A stretch of DNA of 64,000 nt, taken from contig JAQFVV010000002.1 of assembly GCA_028023455.1 (NCBI GenBank), positions 310,001 to 374,000 of the forward strand, written 5' to 3'. This document shows, in pieces, positions 62,084 through 64,000 of this stretch. The position numbers were made by a program, and so were the translations under genes. A model generated the notes under the pieces. It saw nothing but the letters and a program-made list of their open reading frames with translations, was not told the DNA's origin and searched no databases. The stretch is from Epiperipatus broadwayi (taxonomy: Eukaryota; Animalia; Onychophora). Each line of letters opens with the position of its first letter. The first letter of the stretch is position 1.

Positions 62084-64000
62084 ATTTAATCCTTTATATA
62101 ATTTTGGAGAGAAAATAAATGTATATAAATAAAAAATATCAAATTTAATAAAAATTAAGTTATTTAAATTGCTATTTTTTTTTTATAATTTTGAAAGTAA
62201 AAAATCACATGAATAAAAAATGTTTCACAAGAAAATGTAACTCTACTAGAAGTATTTATTTTTAATATTGTATTGCCAATTTAAAGTTCATTTTAAAGAA
62301 AAATATCATACTGAATAATGCTGCCATCTTCAGATTTTTTAGAACTACTAAATCAATAATATTTAAATTTAAGGTTATTACAATGATGTAAGTACATGCT
62401 TTCAAAATTCTGATTGGTAGTTTCTCATTTCTTTGCAGGGGAACACCTAGCAATGATTTTGACAGTTCTATTTTTCTGTTTTGATTTTGACAATAAAAAC
62501 ATATTTACCATTCATTTTATACATTGATTATTTTTACAAACTAGTTTTGAAATATTAATTATTTTAGCAGAATAATTCATATTTTAGAATGAAATATTTA
62601 CTTTTACAAGAAAACAATTTGACAAAGAAATAAATAATGTACAACTACAATTTGTAGTTGGATGTCAAAGATATGTTTTATTTTGACCACTATAGAATTT
62701 TGTCAATTATAAATATGAAATTATTTTTTAAAACAACTTTCATTTACTTTACTAATCTGTTAAATTATTAATTTGCATTTTAAAAATTAAACTAAACATA
62801 ATTTTAAAAGATGAATATCTATTTACTACTGATTCGATAATTGACCAATAAAAAGTTTGGAATGTTAATTCAATCAGACAATAGGAATTTTACCAGATAA
62901 TTGGACATAAAAAGAGTTAAGTTTTAATTGTAAAAAGGGATAAAGAAGACTGCTGAATAATCATATGGATTTCATAACTTCTCCTGATCAAAACAGCATC
63001 CAGATTTAGTTTGGATATTATATTAGTATTGTCTCTAATATATCTATAATAGTGTTAATGTTAATACAGACATTAAATATGATCTTGGAGAATCATTAAT
63101 GCTTTTTTATGTATATAACACAATTTTGCTAAAAAATGAAAATTGCCTAGAGTAAGCATATAAGTAAAAATTCTAAAAGATATAAATGTAGATTTAGCAT
63201 CATACTAATTTTTAAAAAATTATCATAATCAAACTTTCAATCATTTAGCTTGAATAATATAATTCTGGTTGAATACTTACATTCAATGCTCTATACTATC
63301 TGAAGATGAACAGGTAAAAAATAGCCTAGAGATTTGATTAATTCATGCTTTTATGAATGACTGTAATGGACTAGTAGAGTGTATTATGGCTGCTACTGAA
63401 TCAAACTTCATCACATGTATTATTGCATCTCAATATGTTTATTTCAAAAACATAAATAATGCACATACATAGCTCCGGAAATGTTAATAATATTCATTTA
63501 TCCCCTTCTATTGATATCAGTTTTATAAACATAAATAAGCATTCTCGGGATTAGAATACAAAGTAAAATCGAGTTATATTTAATGACATCTTAAAATCTA
63601 ATGGTCTTCAGTCTAGAAAATATATTTTATACATTTTTGTTAAATGAGATACTTACTGGAAAAAATATTTTATTTATATTTATTATCCAAAATACACAAT
63701 TTTTAATTGTATCAGAGAAATTTCTTTTTATAAAATCTTTATTTGATGTTTATTTAAATATAATTACCAATATACAATTTGGATGGTGACGTTGAATTTG
63801 CTTTTCTTATCGCAACTAATGACTTTGCACAATACTTTGATAAATCTAATGTATATTTATTATGCTTCAATGTGAGATTCTGTATTAAATAGACACACAT
63901 CTTATTATATTTTCAAAAATCCAAATCTAATCATAGATTGTATAATTATTTTTATATCGTTGTGATTAGATAGAGACATTTTCAAAGATCCTTGTCTAAT

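Noticed and set aside
62311-62326. Minus-strand first exon ATGGCAGCATTATTCA|GTATGA
   Set aside because: No local CpG retention or supporting exons; a motif this short arises by chance.
1-64000. Remaining short ORFs in the supplied track as host genes; CRISPR arrays, rRNA or operon-like systems
   Set aside because: The ORFs are low-complexity AT-rich frames or antisense to TE coding sequence. No regularly spaced repeat-spacer array, rRNA or prokaryotic gene organisation is present.

Overview
Very AT-rich, CpG-depleted eukaryotic (probably invertebrate animal) DNA, made up mostly of decayed transposable elements. I could not identify an intact host gene; only isolated promoter, first-exon and micro-exon candidates are visible. 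Most entries in the ORF track are spurious or are TE fragments. Supported content: (1) a full-length but dead hAT/Buster DNA transposon with a perfect 8-bp TSD (5773-8992) and a second partial hAT; (2) RTE, L1/Tx1-like and other LINE fragments, plus two probable LTR-element relics; (3) five copies of a short tRNA-Gly(TCC)-derived SINE, all on the minus strand; (4) many Penelope-like element (PLE) fragments (RT and GIY-YIG motifs), several of them in fold-back (inverted-duplicated) form. The most striking signal is a set of eight minimal type-I hammerhead ribozyme (HHR) motifs from three sequence families, each with a palindromic stem III. They sit in short fold-back or partial-tandem inserts. 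One insert is clearly mobile: it interrupts the hAT transposase with a 16-bp TSD. Two loci show a 'flipped-spacer' inverted-triplication geometry with CAGT/ACTG junctions. All alignments, folds and similarity statements were made by eye; no searches were run.
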